From Myxococcota bacterium (GTDB taxonomy: Bacteria > Myxococcota_A > UBA796 > UBA2385), in contig JBIJDH010000050.1 in the NCBI GenBank assembly GCA_044344255.1, positions 1-23,015 on the forward strand: a DNA stretch of 23,015 nt, in the 5' to 3' direction. The notes beneath the pieces were generated by a model. It was not told where the DNA came from. It ran no database searches and worked only from the letters and a program-made list of their open reading frames with translations. A program made the position numbers and the translations under genes. Every line of letters begins with the position of its first letter. The stretch's first letter is position 1. Positions 8,207-15,507 of this stretch are shown one piece after another.

Positions 8207-9492
8207 GGGGCGGGGCGCCGAACCAGCCCGGAGGGGCCCTCCACGAGGCGGAGGGCGCCCGTCCCGGCCGCGCCCTCGAGGCTCCAGAGGCCGGCGCCGG
8301 TCCGGCCGAGGCGGTAGCGGGGCAGGGGCGCCGAAAGGTCGACGGCGCCCAGCACCACGCCGCCCACTTCGGCGGGCAGGCTGTCGGCGAGCTCCCGCAG
8401 CGTGGCCTCATCCTCGACCGCCGAGGCCACGAGGACCGAGACGGGCAGGCCCCCCTCGCGGAGGAGGGACTCCACGGCCAGCGCGATCTGCGGGGGCCGG
8501 GCGGCGTTGAGGCGATAGACCGGGCCCCCGTGCACGGCGGGCACCGCGGTGCCGGAGGGGGCGACGACCAGCACCCGCCGCCCGTCGGCGAGGCGCGCGA
8601 GCAGCGGCCGAAGGGCCTCGCTGACCTCGTCTGGGGTCGCGACCCAGAGGCTCAGCCCATCGGAGAGCGAGGGCGAGCCGGGGCCGAAGAGGGCGGGCTC
8701 CGGCAGCAGGGTGAGGTTCGGCGGCGGCCCGTCAGCGGCCTCCGACCGCGCCCCCCGGCGGCTCCAGGCCCACAGCACGCCGACGAGGACCAACAGGCCG
8801 GCACCAAAGGCGATGAAGAGGGTGGCGCTGCCGCTCCCGCTCTCCACCGGGAAGCTGGCGCTGCGGGGCCGGGGGGAGGCGGTGGAGGCGGTGGTGAAGG
8901 CGCCGCTGGTGGCGGGCGCGATCGCGTTCGGGCCCCCGGCGGCGGTGGCCCCGCCCCCCAGCGGCGGGGCCGTGGCGCTGGGGCCCAGATCGGAGGCGAG
9001 GCCCTGCCCCTGGGCGGCCCGTCGAGAGGGGGTGGCGGACAAGGTGGTGCCGGTGAGGACGATGTCGAGGTCTTTCGGCCCGTCTCCGGCCTCCCAGCTC
9101 ACGGCGGCCCCCTCAAGCGTGCGGCCCGCCACCTCGACGCTGTAGGTGACCTCGTCCACGTCGATCAAGCCGTGGCCGGCCCACTGACCATCGCCGGCGG
9201 TGACGTCGGGCTTGTCGCCGCTGTCGTTGAGCTGGATGGCGAAGGGCTTCTCGGCGCTGCCCTTGAGCTGGGCCACGACGGGGGCGGTCACGAGCCCGCC
9301 GGTGGCGTCGAGGCGGACGACGATTCCCACCGGGCCTGCGGCGGCGCGGCCGGGGGCGGCGAGCGCAGCCAAGAGGCCGAGGCCAAGGCCGAGGCCGAGC
9401 GCCGGAGCGAGGCCGCGGCGCCGCCCGCCTTCGCAGCGGGCTCGGGCGGGTGAGCAGCTGGCCGGGGTCGCCGTCGCCGGGATCGCAGTCAT
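8203..9492 (-). CDS. Single-pass membrane protein with choice-of-anchor-X-like motif, paralog 2 (429 aa)
   Basis: Signal peptide, LNDSGDKPDVTAGDGQWAG motif, Ala/Pro/Ser linker, TM helix (LFIAFGAGLLVLVGVLWAW-SRR), and a C-terminal domain similar to that of the neighbouring gene. ATGA overlaps at both ends. Confidence 0.78.
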   Translation of the reverse strand: MTAIPATATPASCSPARARCEGGRRRGLAPALGLGLGLGLLAALAAPGRAAAGPVGIVVRLDATGGLVTAPVVAQLKGSAEKPFAIQLNDSGDKPDVTAGDGQWAGHGLIDVDEVTYSVEVAGRTLEGAAVSWEAGDGPKDLDIVLTGTTLSATPSRRAAQGQGLASDLGPSATAPPLGGGATAAGGPNAIAPATSGAFTTASTASPRPRSASFPVESGSGSATLFIAFGAGLLVLVGVLWAWSRRGARSEAADGPPPNLTLLPEPALFGPGSPSLSDGLSLWVATPDEVSEALRPLLARLADGRRVLVVAPSGTAVPAVHGGPVYRLNAARPPQIALAVESLLREGGLPVSVLVASAVEDEATLRELADSLPAEVGGVVLGAVDLSAPLPRYRLGRTGAGLWSLEGAAGTGALRLVEGPSGLVRRPAP

Positions 9493-10631
9493 CGAGGGTC
9501 TCCGCGCAGCAGGCCGAGCCGGTCCGGGGCCGGGCGGAGGGCGCTGCCGTTCATCTGAAAGGTCCAGCCGGCGTCGGGCTCGGCCACCGCCACCGTGACG
9601 GTGGGGAGCTCGAGGGAGAGGTCCTCGCCGATGAGGGCCACGCCGCCGGTATGGGGGGGGAGGGCGTCGGCGAGGTCTTTGTAGTAGGCGGGCTTCTCGC
9701 TCATCCCGACCACCAGGGCCGCGAGGGGGCGGCCGGGCTCACCGTGGAGGGCCAGCAGGGCGGCCTCGACCTCGCTCGGTCGGGAGACCGCGCAGCGATA
9801 GACGGTGCCGCCCGCCACGGGCTCCAGCACGAAGCCGGCCGGCGCCACGACCACCACCCGGTGGTGGCGGGCGAGCACGCGCAGCATCCCCTGCGCCAAG
9901 GCGGCCTCGGCGCTCGCCTCCACCCGCCAGAGCGAGAGCCCGTCGCTGAGCGAGGGAGTGCCCTCCCCGAGCAGCCCCGCCTCCGGCTGCGGCTCGAGGT
10001 CCGCGGCCCTGCGCTGCGGCGCCGGGCGCCCGCGGCTCATCCGCCAGAGGCCGACCAGCATGACCACGAGCACGAGGCCGAGCCCGAAGAAGAGCAGGGG
10101 ATCGGCGCTGCGAGAGGCGTGGGGCGGCGCTTGCGGCGCGCCGCCGCCGGAGGGCCCACCGGGGGCGCCGCCGGGGGCGCCGCCGTCCCCGGTCGCGCCC
10201 GGGCTCGCCACCCCCGTCTCGAGGGTGACGCTGCCCCCCGACACGCGGACGTCCAGATCGCGCATCTGGTCTTCCGGCTTCCAGGCGATCGATCCGGCAT
10301 CGACGGTCGAGCCGTTGAGCAGGAGCTGGACGGTGAACTGATCACCGTTGACCGAGGCGGCGGCGCTGTAGGCGCTGTCCCCTGCCGCGACGTCGGGCTG
10401 CAGGCCGTCGTCCTTGAGCTCGAGGGTCTCCGTCTTGCCCTCGGGGTTGGTCAGCGTGACCTTCACCGGCCCGTCGACCGCCGCGCCCCCGGGATCGAAG
10501 CGCACGAGCAGGCCTCGCGGCTCCGCCTCGGCCTCCTGCGCGCCTCCGACGAGGGCGAGGCCGACCACCAGCAGAACGGCGAACCGCCGCGTGACGACGA
10601 CGCTCCGGTGGGACCCCATGCGCGCTGCCAA
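9489..10631 (-). CDS. Single-pass membrane protein with choice-of-anchor-X-like motif, paralog 1 (start TTG 10631 or ATG 10619)
   Basis: GGGGAGGAGG Shine-Dalgarno just before the in-frame TTG at 10631. Signal peptide, LKDDGLQPDVAAGDSAYSA motif, Gly/Pro linker, TM helix (LLFFGLGLVLVVMLVGLW-R), C-terminal domain with PSLSDGLSLW. Confidence 0.78.
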   Translation of the reverse strand: MAARMGSHRSVVVTRRFAVLLVVGLALVGGAQEAEAEPRGLLVRFDPGGAAVDGPVKVTLTNPEGKTETLELKDDGLQPDVAAGDSAYSAAASVNGDQFTVQLLLNGSTVDAGSIAWKPEDQMRDLDVRVSGGSVTLETGVASPGATGDGGAPGGAPGGPSGGGAPQAPPHASRSADPLLFFGLGLVLVVMLVGLWRMSRGRPAPQRRAADLEPQPEAGLLGEGTPSLSDGLSLWRVEASAEAALAQGMLRVLARHHRVVVVAPAGFVLEPVAGGTVYRCAVSRPSEVEAALLALHGEPGRPLAALVVGMSEKPAYYKDLADALPPHTGGVALIGEDLSLELPTVTVAVAEPDAGWTFQMNGSALRPAPDRLGLLRGDPR

Positions 10632-10732
10632 CCGACCTCCTCCCCTGCGTCCGCCTCCGGTCAGCCCGGGCCCCGGCGGCCTCCACGGCCCCGATCCCCC
10701 GCCCCGCGCTGGCACACCGCCCGGTGTACCAC

Positions 10733-10789
10733 GCGCGGCCCCGCCGCGGGAGCGCGGCCCCGCCGCGGGAGTGCACCCCCGCCGCGCGC
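10733..10789. repeat. Intergenic 19-bp tandem repeat GCGCGGCCCCGCCGCGGGA, two exact copies plus one degenerate
   Basis: 10733-10751 and 10752-10770 are identical; 10771-10789 (GTGCACCCCCGCCGCGCGC) is a degenerate copy. Confidence 0.75.
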
Positions 10790-10796
10790 GCCCCCC

Positions 10797-11477
10797 TTAG
10801 CTGCCCCGCGGCGGGCAGCGGTTGGGGCGCAGGGCGAGCTCGCGCGCGGTCACCTCGCAGAAGCTCATCACGCGCGGGTTCTCCGGGCAGACCGCCGGCC
10901 CGCTCCGATCCCGGTCGGGGGCCAGCGGGCAGGCCACCGAGGCGCCGAGGTAGAAGCCGATGAGCTCGGGGTAGGGGTGTCGCGACTCGCCCACGCGGGC
11001 GATCTCGGCGCGGTCCGGGCCTCCCCACCACCAGAGCTGCGCGGCGTGTGCCGCGCAGTCCGAGCCCTTCGTGCGCACCACCTCCGCGCAGCGCTGGAGC
11101 CGGGCGACGAGGTCTCCCGCGGGCTCCCGATCGACCACGTCCAGACGGCAGTCGTCGTCCTCGCCGCAGACCTCGAGCAGCAGCGCCGAGGGAGGGGGCT
11201 CAGCCTCGGCGAGGCGCGCCGACACCCAGCCATGGCGACAGTTGGCCTCCCAGGTGCCAGCCTGGAAGCAGGCGTCGATCACCTCCATCGGGTTCGCGTT
11301 CGAGCCGACCCGCTGGTAGATGCAGTACCCAAACAGATTGGGAGATGACGCGTACTCTTCACAGTCCATGACGGAGGAGGCGCCCGGCTCCTGCCGGATC
11401 AGCGCGCCCACACCATAGGTGATCGACGAGAGGGCGACCACCAGTGTGAGCAGGAGGAGGGGGGAGAGTCCGCGCAT
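10797..11477 (-). CDS. Cys-rich exported or membrane-anchored hypothetical protein (~226 aa)
   Basis: MRGLSPLLLLTLVVALSSITYGVGALI hydrophobic N-terminus; 12 Cys in paired spacing. ATG 11477 preferred over the ORF-track start at 11498. Confidence 0.7.
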   Translation of the reverse strand: MRGLSPLLLLTLVVALSSITYGVGALIRQEPGASSVMDCEEYASSPNLFGYCIYQRVGSNANPMEVIDACFQAGTWEANCRHGWVSARLAEAEPPPSALLLEVCGEDDDCRLDVVDREPAGDLVARLQRCAEVVRTKGSDCAAHAAQLWWWGGPDRAEIARVGESRHPYPELIGFYLGASVACPLAPDRDRSGPAVCPENPRVMSFCEVTARELALRPNRCPPRGS

Positions 11478-11525
11478 GGCGGAGGAGAGATGCCACACCC
11501 CTCAACCGTCGACCGTCAAGTCGTG

Positions 11526-13193
11526 TCAAGCCCGCGCGGGCCCGCCCGAGCGCCTGCGACGGCGCCCCGACAGGAGGCCGAAGGCGACGAGCGCGCCGAG
11601 GCCTCGACCTGCGACCGACACCGGTGAGACGCTGCACCCGGCCTTCGTCTCACCCATCGGCACCAGCTCACCGGGGGCGCCACCCTCGGGGGGGATGCGC
11701 CCGCTCAGCCCGCTGTCGCTGGGGGCGCCGCCATCCCCGCCGTCGTCGCCGGTGGGGGTGCCGGAGTCGGCGCCGCCGTCGGTGCCGCCGTCCGTGCCAC
11801 CGTCGGTGCCGCCGTCGGTGCCACCATCGGTGCCACCGTCGGAGCCTCCGCCGGAGCAGCCGTCACCCGGGACGAGCGCGATCGAGCACCAGTTGTCGCC
11901 CGACGAGATGCTCTTCGTGCAGGTGCCCTCGTCAAACCCGGGGGCGCAGGCGCGGATGGTGTAGCTCTGGAGCGGGAGGTCGGTGAAGTGGTAGTAGCCG
12001 TCGGCGTCGGTGGTGGCGGTCTCCCCCGTCTCGTCGAGGGTGGCCACGGCGCCGACGATGCGCGCGCCGGCGTAGATGTCGGTGTCGGCCACCACACCGA
12101 TGAGGTCACCGGTGGCCGAGCCGCCGCCGCCACCGTTGACGAGGTCGATGTAGTAGTCCCAGTCCCAGCCGCTGCCCGGATCGGTGTGCGTGGCGCCCGG
12201 CACCTCGTAGTGGCCGATGATGTAGCTCCGGCTCACCGAGATGCCGTTCCGCGCGCAGATGTCCGCGGTGAGGGCCGCGGAGGAGGCGTACATCTCGTCG
12301 GTGTACCAGGTGTCGGGATCGTCTACGTAGCCCTCGTGCTCGATCCCGACGCTGGCCTCGTTGTAGGACCAGTTCCCGGCGTGCCAGGCGACGTCCTCCT
12401 CCTTCACCATCTGCGTGATCTGCCCGTCGCTCGACCGTACGACGTAGTGGGCGCTCACCGAGGCCGAGGCGTTCTGAAACCAGCTGATGGCGCCCGAGTA
12501 GCTGCCTTGCGTGGTGTGAATGACCACGTAGGCGATGTCAGAGGCGCCGCGTGAGTAGTTGGAGTAGTTGGAGCTGCTCGCCGCCGAGAAGGTGTAACAA
12601 CCTGAATAATCGCAGGCGGTCGGCGGCGGCGGCGCGTAGCGGGCCCAAGTGTCGACCGGCTCGGGGCGGATGCGGAGGCCAGTGGCGGGGTCTTCGGCCA
12701 CGCCGAAGTTGATGAGCTCGAAGACGTAGCCGGCGAACATGTCCTGGCGCACAGGGTCGTCGCTGCCGGAGAAGGCGACCACGGCCTCCCACCACTCGAC
12801 GAGGGCATCGGCCGGGGGGAGCTCACCGCCCCGGGAGGCCCGCGCCTGCTCGGCGAGCAGGGCCGCCGCGGCGCGGATGTTGGCCTCGGGGCTGTCGATG
12901 ATGCGGTCGGGCGAGAGGCCCGACATCACCGCCGCGCGCTCGATGGCGGGGCCGGGGGCGTCGGACTCGTCGAAGCCGAACAGACCGTAGCCCCCCCAGG
13001 CCGAGCGGGCCTCGGGCCGCCAGTGGGAGGCCTCATAGGCCAGCGCCAGCAGCACCTTCTCGGGCACACCGTACTCTTCGGCGGCGAGGGCGAAGGCCTC
13101 GGGCAGCGCCTCCGGGGCCCCCGGGCGGGGAGCGGCCGCCGCCGGAGCGGCGGAGAGCGGCGAGAGGCTGAGCGCGAAGATGAGCGAGAGCAT
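11526..13193 (-). CDS. N-acetylmuramoyl-L-alanine amidase (Amidase_2/PGRP type) with N-terminal lysozyme-like domain, beta-sandwich domain, DGGT linker and MYXO-CTERM-like tail (~555 aa)
   Basis: AGGAG before ATG 13193; signal peptide; VVIHTTQG, SAHYVV, AWHAGN, GIEHEG, IIGHYEV, HTDPG; GVVAD...ATTDADGYYHF (carboxypeptidase-regulatory-like); tail KAGCSV...LGALVAFGLLSGRRRRR. Confidence 0.92.
   Translation of the reverse strand: MLSLIFALSLSPLSAAPAAAAPRPGAPEALPEAFALAAEEYGVPEKVLLALAYEASHWRPEARSAWGGYGLFGFDESDAPGPAIERAAVMSGLSPDRIIDSPEANIRAAAALLAEQARASRGGELPPADALVEWWEAVVAFSGSDDPVRQDMFAGYVFELINFGVAEDPATGLRIRPEPVDTWARYAPPPPTACDYSGCYTFSAASSSNYSNYSRGASDIAYVVIHTTQGSYSGAISWFQNASASVSAHYVVRSSDGQITQMVKEEDVAWHAGNWSYNEASVGIEHEGYVDDPDTWYTDEMYASSAALTADICARNGISVSRSYIIGHYEVPGATHTDPGSGWDWDYYIDLVNGGGGGSATGDLIGVVADTDIYAGARIVGAVATLDETGETATTDADGYYHFTDLPLQSYTIRACAPGFDEGTCTKSISSGDNWCSIALVPGDGCSGGGSDGGTDGGTDGGTDGGTDGGTDGGADSGTPTGDDGGDGGAPSDSGLSGRIPPEGGAPGELVPMGETKAGCSVSPVSVAGRGLGALVAFGLLSGRRRRRSGGPARA
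11769..11840 (-). repeat. 12-bp coding tandem repeat encoding a (DGGT)5-DGGA linker
   Basis: Units such as GGTGCCGCCGTC and GGTGCCACCGTC on the + strand, with synonymous variation. Confidence 0.9.
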
Positions 13194-13219
13194 GGGCGCT
13201 CCTGGGGCGGTCGGTGCCC

Positions 13220-13228
13220 AGACTAACA
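13220..13228 (-). promoter_or_regulatory. Candidate extended -10 promoter (TGtTAGTCT) for the amidase
   Basis: TGnTAnnnT match about 27 nt upstream of the ATG, leaving room for the AGGAG; an AT-rich island in a GC-rich divergent spacer. Confidence 0.45.
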
Positions 13229-13321
13229 CCCGCAGCGGCCGACGGACGCCGCGCCCGGCCGCGTTAGGACCTCGCACCCTTCCCCCACCCGCGTCCCTCA
13301 ACGGACGGCCACGGAGCGTTC

Positions 13322-13966
13322 ATGTCCGACCTCATCAGCATGCCCCGCATCGGCGACACCGCCCCCGACTTCACCGCCGTCACCACGGTGGGAGAGCTCA
13401 AGTTCCACGACTGGAAGCAAGGCAAGTGGACCGTCCTCTTCTCCCACCCCGCCGACTTCACCCCCGTCTGCTCCACCGAGCTCTCCGAGTTCGCCCGCCG
13501 GGAGGCGGAGTTCACTGCGCTGAACACGCTGCTCATCGGCATCTCGGTGGACTCCATCCACAGCCACCTCGCCTGGCTCGAGAACCTCAAGGGCCTGATG
13601 GGCTTCCGCATCGCCTACCCGATGATCGCCGACCTCACGACCGACGTGTCGAAGAAGTACGGCATGATCCACCCGGGTGAGAGCAGCACGGTCACCATCC
13701 GCGCCCTGTTCGTGATCGACCCCAAGAACATCATCCGCGCGATCATCTACTACCCGCTCAACGTCGGCCGGAACGTCGACGAGGTCAAGCGGCTCCTCAC
13801 CGCGCTCCAGACCGCCGACAGCAACGGCGTGGCCTGCCCGGTCAACTGGACGCCCGGCCAGAAGGTGATCGTCCCGCCCCCCCGCACCACCGCCCAGGTC
13901 GACGCCCGCCTCGCGATGGAGGGCGTAGAGCGCCTCGACTTCTACCTCGTCAAGCGCGAGCTCTGA
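13322..13966 (+). CDS. Peroxiredoxin, Prx6 subfamily (214 aa)
   Basis: IGDTAPDF, LFSHPADFTPVCSTEL, IRALFVIDP, YYPLNVGRNVDEV, CPVNWTPG; GGAG upstream of the ATG. Confidence 0.96.
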   Translation: MSDLISMPRIGDTAPDFTAVTTVGELKFHDWKQGKWTVLFSHPADFTPVCSTELSEFARREAEFTALNTLLIGISVDSIHSHLAWLENLKGLMGFRIAYPMIADLTTDVSKKYGMIHPGESSTVTIRALFVIDPKNIIRAIIYYPLNVGRNVDEVKRLLTALQTADSNGVACPVNWTPGQKVIVPPPRTTAQVDARLAMEGVERLDFYLVKREL

Positions 13967-13991
13967 GCGGAGCGGCCCGCCCGTCCGGGCC

Positions 13992-14030
13992 GTTCACGCC
14001 CCGTTCACACGGGGACGTCCTACGCTTCAC
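13992..14030 (+). promoter_or_regulatory. 11-bp-phased direct repeats (GTTCAC), candidate OmpR/PhoB-family binding site
   Basis: GTTCAC at 13992 and 14003, CTTCAC at 14025; offsets of 11 and 22 bp. Confidence 0.5.
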
Positions 14031-14034
14031 ACCG

Positions 14035-14063
14035 GCCCCGTCTGAGATCCAGACGGGGCTTTT
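14035..14063 (+). terminator. Intrinsic-terminator-like hairpin downstream of the peroxiredoxin
   Basis: GCCCCGTCTG-agatc-CAGACGGGGC, a perfect 10-bp stem followed by TTTT. Confidence 0.7.
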
Positions 14064-14121
14064 AGTTGGAGAGGGCAGGCCGCAACCCCGGCCGCTGGGC
14101 AGTCGCCCACCAGGAGCCCTC

Positions 14122-14739
14122 ATGAAACGTTTCCTCGAGCTCTTCGACCTCGCCAATGGCCCCGTGGAGGGTGAGGCCGACACCGCCCACACCCGCCGGA
14201 TGGAGCTCGTCGTGCGCGCCTCGCTGGCGAGCGTGGTCTTCGCCGCCCTCTACGGCTTCGCGGCCGGCTCCACCGAGCTCGGCCTCGCGCTCGGCAACCT
14301 CTACAAGGTGCCGATGGTGCTCGTGCTCTCCGCGGCCTGCGCCGCCCCGGCCGCCCTCATCACCTGGAAGCTCTCCGGGGCCCAGAACCGGCCGAGCGAC
14401 CTGCTGCTCGGCATCGCCAGCGGCAACTTCACGGCCTCGGTCGTGCTCGCCGCCCTCTCCCCGATCGTGGCGCTCTACTACCACACCTCCGACACCACCG
14501 GCGGCACCCTGGCGCTGGCCGCCGCCGCGCTGGCCACCTTCCTCGGCTTCCGCAACGTCGTGCGGGCCGTGATGAAGCGCCGCCCCGAAGGCAGCCCCCG
14601 CGGCTCGGTGGCCCTGCCCCTCACCGTCCTCGTCGCGGTGCAGATGGCCGCCCTCATCCAGTTCATCCACGTCGCCTCGCCCATCCTGCCCGAGGTCACC
14701 CTCTTCGACGGCGGCGTGGACGCCATGGTCGGTCGCTGA
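14122..14739 (+). CDS. Integral membrane protein, about 5 TM helices, possibly Yip1-like (205 aa)
   Basis: AGGAG Shine-Dalgarno; hydrophobic segments with ALYGFAAG, KVPMVL...CAAP, LSPIVALY. Confidence 0.8.
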   Translation: MKRFLELFDLANGPVEGEADTAHTRRMELVVRASLASVVFAALYGFAAGSTELGLALGNLYKVPMVLVLSAACAAPAALITWKLSGAQNRPSDLLLGIASGNFTASVVLAALSPIVALYYHTSDTTGGTLALAAAALATFLGFRNVVRAVMKRRPEGSPRGSVALPLTVLVAVQMAALIQFIHVASPILPEVTLFDGGVDAMVGR

Positions 14740-14751
14740 ACGGAGGTCCTG

Positions 14752-15507
14752 ATGTCCGCCTTGCTCCCCTTCTCGCTCACCCTGACCCTGTTGCTCCCCC
14801 TGTCTCGGGCCGCCATGGCCCTCGAGCCGACCACCGTAGACCACCAGGGCCAGTGGAGCGGCGGCGAGCTCCGCTGGACCACCACCGTCCACCTCGATCA
14901 AGGGGGCGGCGGCGAGCTCACCCTCGCCCGCCCGCTCCCGGCGGGGACGGAGATCGAGGCCAAGGGGGCGACCCTGCTCACCGACGCGGGCGGGACCATC
15001 GTCGGCCTCGAGGTCCCCCGGGGGCGCCACGAGGTGGTCCTCCAGACCCGCCAGCCCCAGCCCGACCTCGACGGGGCCGAGGAGCGTCTGCTGGTGCCCA
15101 TCCTCGCCGGGCCCGGCCTCCAGCGCCTCCAGCTCGACGACCTCGCCTTTGCGGCCGACCCCACCACCGGCATCGAGCCTCGGGTGGGCTACGCGGCCCA
15201 ACACACCGTGAGGCTGCGAGACCGGGTGCGCCTCGATCGGGCCATCGGCCACCACCGCGGCCGCTACGCGACCTACTTCACCGGAGACGGCGCGCTGAGC
15301 GCGGTCGATCTCCGGGGAGACCTCCAGCCGGCCGGGGCGGTGAGCGGGGGGGTGATGGGCTTCACCGCCGCCCTCTTCGGCGGGCTCGTCGGCCTGCTCC
15401 TCCTCGCCAGCCGCCTCATCGGCCGGCGAGAGCGGGCCGAGCGGCTGGATCGGTACATCCGCGAGGAGTTTGTCGGCCCTCCCGGCGGCGCGCCTCTCAG
15501 GGGCTGA
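14752..15507 (+). CDS. Hypothetical exported protein with C-terminal membrane anchor (251 aa)
   Basis: GGAGG Shine-Dalgarno; signal peptide ending AMA; beta-rich domain; TM helix (VMGFTAALFGGLVGLLLLA) followed by a basic tail; 12 nt after the previous gene. Confidence 0.78.
   Translation: MSALLPFSLTLTLLLPLSRAAMALEPTTVDHQGQWSGGELRWTTTVHLDQGGGGELTLARPLPAGTEIEAKGATLLTDAGGTIVGLEVPRGRHEVVLQTRQPQPDLDGAEERLLVPILAGPGLQRLQLDDLAFAADPTTGIEPRVGYAAQHTVRLRDRVRLDRAIGHHRGRYATYFTGDGALSAVDLRGDLQPAGAVSGGVMGFTAALFGGLVGLLLLASRLIGRRERAERLDRYIREEFVGPPGGAPLRG

Noticed and set aside
9450..11348. 632-aa + strand ORF, and similar long antisense ORFs (7031-8317, 14062-15576, 16187-17716, 20627-22327)
   Set aside because: Each lies opposite a gene with recognisable motifs or export signals; they are codon-bias shadows.
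11478..11525. TTGACG -35-like hexamer upstream of the Cys-rich gene
   Set aside because: The matching -10 position (TGGCAT) lacks the conserved A; too weak to call.
11769..11840. Short repeats as a possible CRISPR array
   Set aside because: No spacers, in-frame coding linker, no cas genes; the same holds for the other tandem repeats.
13223..13267. Imperfect inverted repeat CTAAC..GCGGCCG / CGGCCGC GTTAG as an ncRNA or riboswitch
   Set aside because: Short, bulged and GC-rich; more simply explained by divergent promoter elements or chance.
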